Shown here one piece after another: positions 63,336 through 64,000 of a stretch of DNA of 64,000 nt (positions are counted from its first letter, which is position 1; every line of letters begins with the position of its first letter). The DNA comes from Verrucomicrobiota bacterium (GTDB taxonomy: Bacteria; Verrucomicrobiota; Verrucomicrobiia; Limisphaerales; Palsa-1400). Under the pieces are notes generated by a model that worked only from the letters and a program-made list of their open reading frames with translations, ran no database searches and was not told where the DNA came from. The stretch spans positions 96,001 to 160,000 of the forward strand of contig JBEKYR010000008.1 in assembly GCA_049510745.1 (NCBI GenBank). The letters run 5' to 3'. The translations under genes and the position numbers were made by a program.

Positions 63336-64000
63336 TCATGGTTCGAGGGAGATGGCGCCGGCGTTGGTTTTGGTGACGAAAAAGCCGCCGGCATTGGTCG
63401 CGTCTTGTAAGCAGGCGCCAAAACCGGTGGTGGTCGCGTTTCCCTCGCCGTTGCCAAAAATGACTTTCAGCGCGCCCGTTTTCGGATTGATCGCGCCGCG
63501 CAGCGAATTGGCCGGGCCGGATTTGGCGATCACGGCGTTGTTGCTCAACGCGACCTGATAGGTCAGGTCGAGGCTCGCGTTGGAAATGGCCAGGGTCCCC
63601 GCCGAAAGAGGGAACGCCGCCGCGGCGGACCAGGCGGAGCCTTGCACGGAAAGGGAATTGGTGAAGCCGTTGGCGTAAATCCCCGGCCGGCCAGCGGGCT
63701 TGATCCAAACGAGGTTGGTTTCACCTTGGGGCGCCCCGCCGGCCAGGTTGATCCAGCCCAGAAGCAAGCCGGCATTGCCATAAAGGCTGGCATAGATCGG
63801 GACGTATCCTGACGGGCTGATCGGCACGGACTGGCTGAACGCCGCGCCATCGGCGAGCCTGCCGCTGAGAGTGAGATGGCCGTCGTGGTTGGTCAGCAAC
63901 GCGTAACCAAAACCCGGCGGGATGCCGGCGGCGTTGGCGGGCGGCGCCAGCAGCATCGTGTATTCGGCGGGAGAAGAGGAAGCTTCGGCCAATTCGGCCG
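63336..64000 (-). CDS. C-terminal part of a large secreted protein; 5' end lies outside the window
   Basis: The frame is open to the window edge; 'G.LADG..FSQS..IS..G..P.YA.LY...G.LLGWI'. Confidence 0.65.
   Translation of the reverse strand, partial: AELAEASSSPAEYTMLLAPPANAAGIPPGFGYALLTNHDGHLTLSGRLADGAAFSQSVPISPSGYVPIYASLYGNAGLLLGWINLAGGAPQGETNLVWIKPAGRPGIYANGFTNSLSVQGSAWSAAAAFPLSAGTLAISNASLDLTYQVALSNNAVIAKSGPANSLRGAINPKTGALKVIFGNGEGNATTTGFGACLQDATNAGGFFVTKTNAGAISLEP

Noticed and set aside
52920..64000. Integrated prophage or ICE at tRNA-Tyr
   Set aside because: No integrase, no phage genes, and no duplicated tRNA 3' end found in the window.

Overview
This is a GC-rich bacterial chromosome segment. 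Gene content and style (prepilin-like protein, Ig-rich secreted proteins, DUF4032, standalone coaC) suggest Verrucomicrobiota; that placement is an inference. The housekeeping backbone includes rpoD, rpsO-pnp, mrp-sufT, pyrR-pyrB, gltA, rpsU, parC, dnaE, coaC-HK-RR-hpnD, ffh and tRNA-Tyr. Accessory cassettes are interleaved: an SphI-like restriction-modification pair with an amber stop in the endonuclease, an HD phosphohydrolase plus YwgA-like pair, AbrB-VapC, a nucleotidyltransferase, and a rifampin-phosphotransferase-like enzyme. There are also many gene-fragment scars. The least explained signals are four. (1) Three dispersed elements share a gapless 54-nt 5' motif, an ORF, and a downstream 10-nt-period AAATC array; one of the ORFs resembles Mu gp27/DUF3486. 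(2) A ~150-bp double-hairpin REPIN/MITE-like element occurs four times, always in the same orientation. (3) A 167-bp element with terminal inverted repeats carries a promoter. (4) Two uvrA genes look like the separated, order-swapped halves of a double-length UvrA. All family assignments come from motif recognition and recall; no database searches were run.
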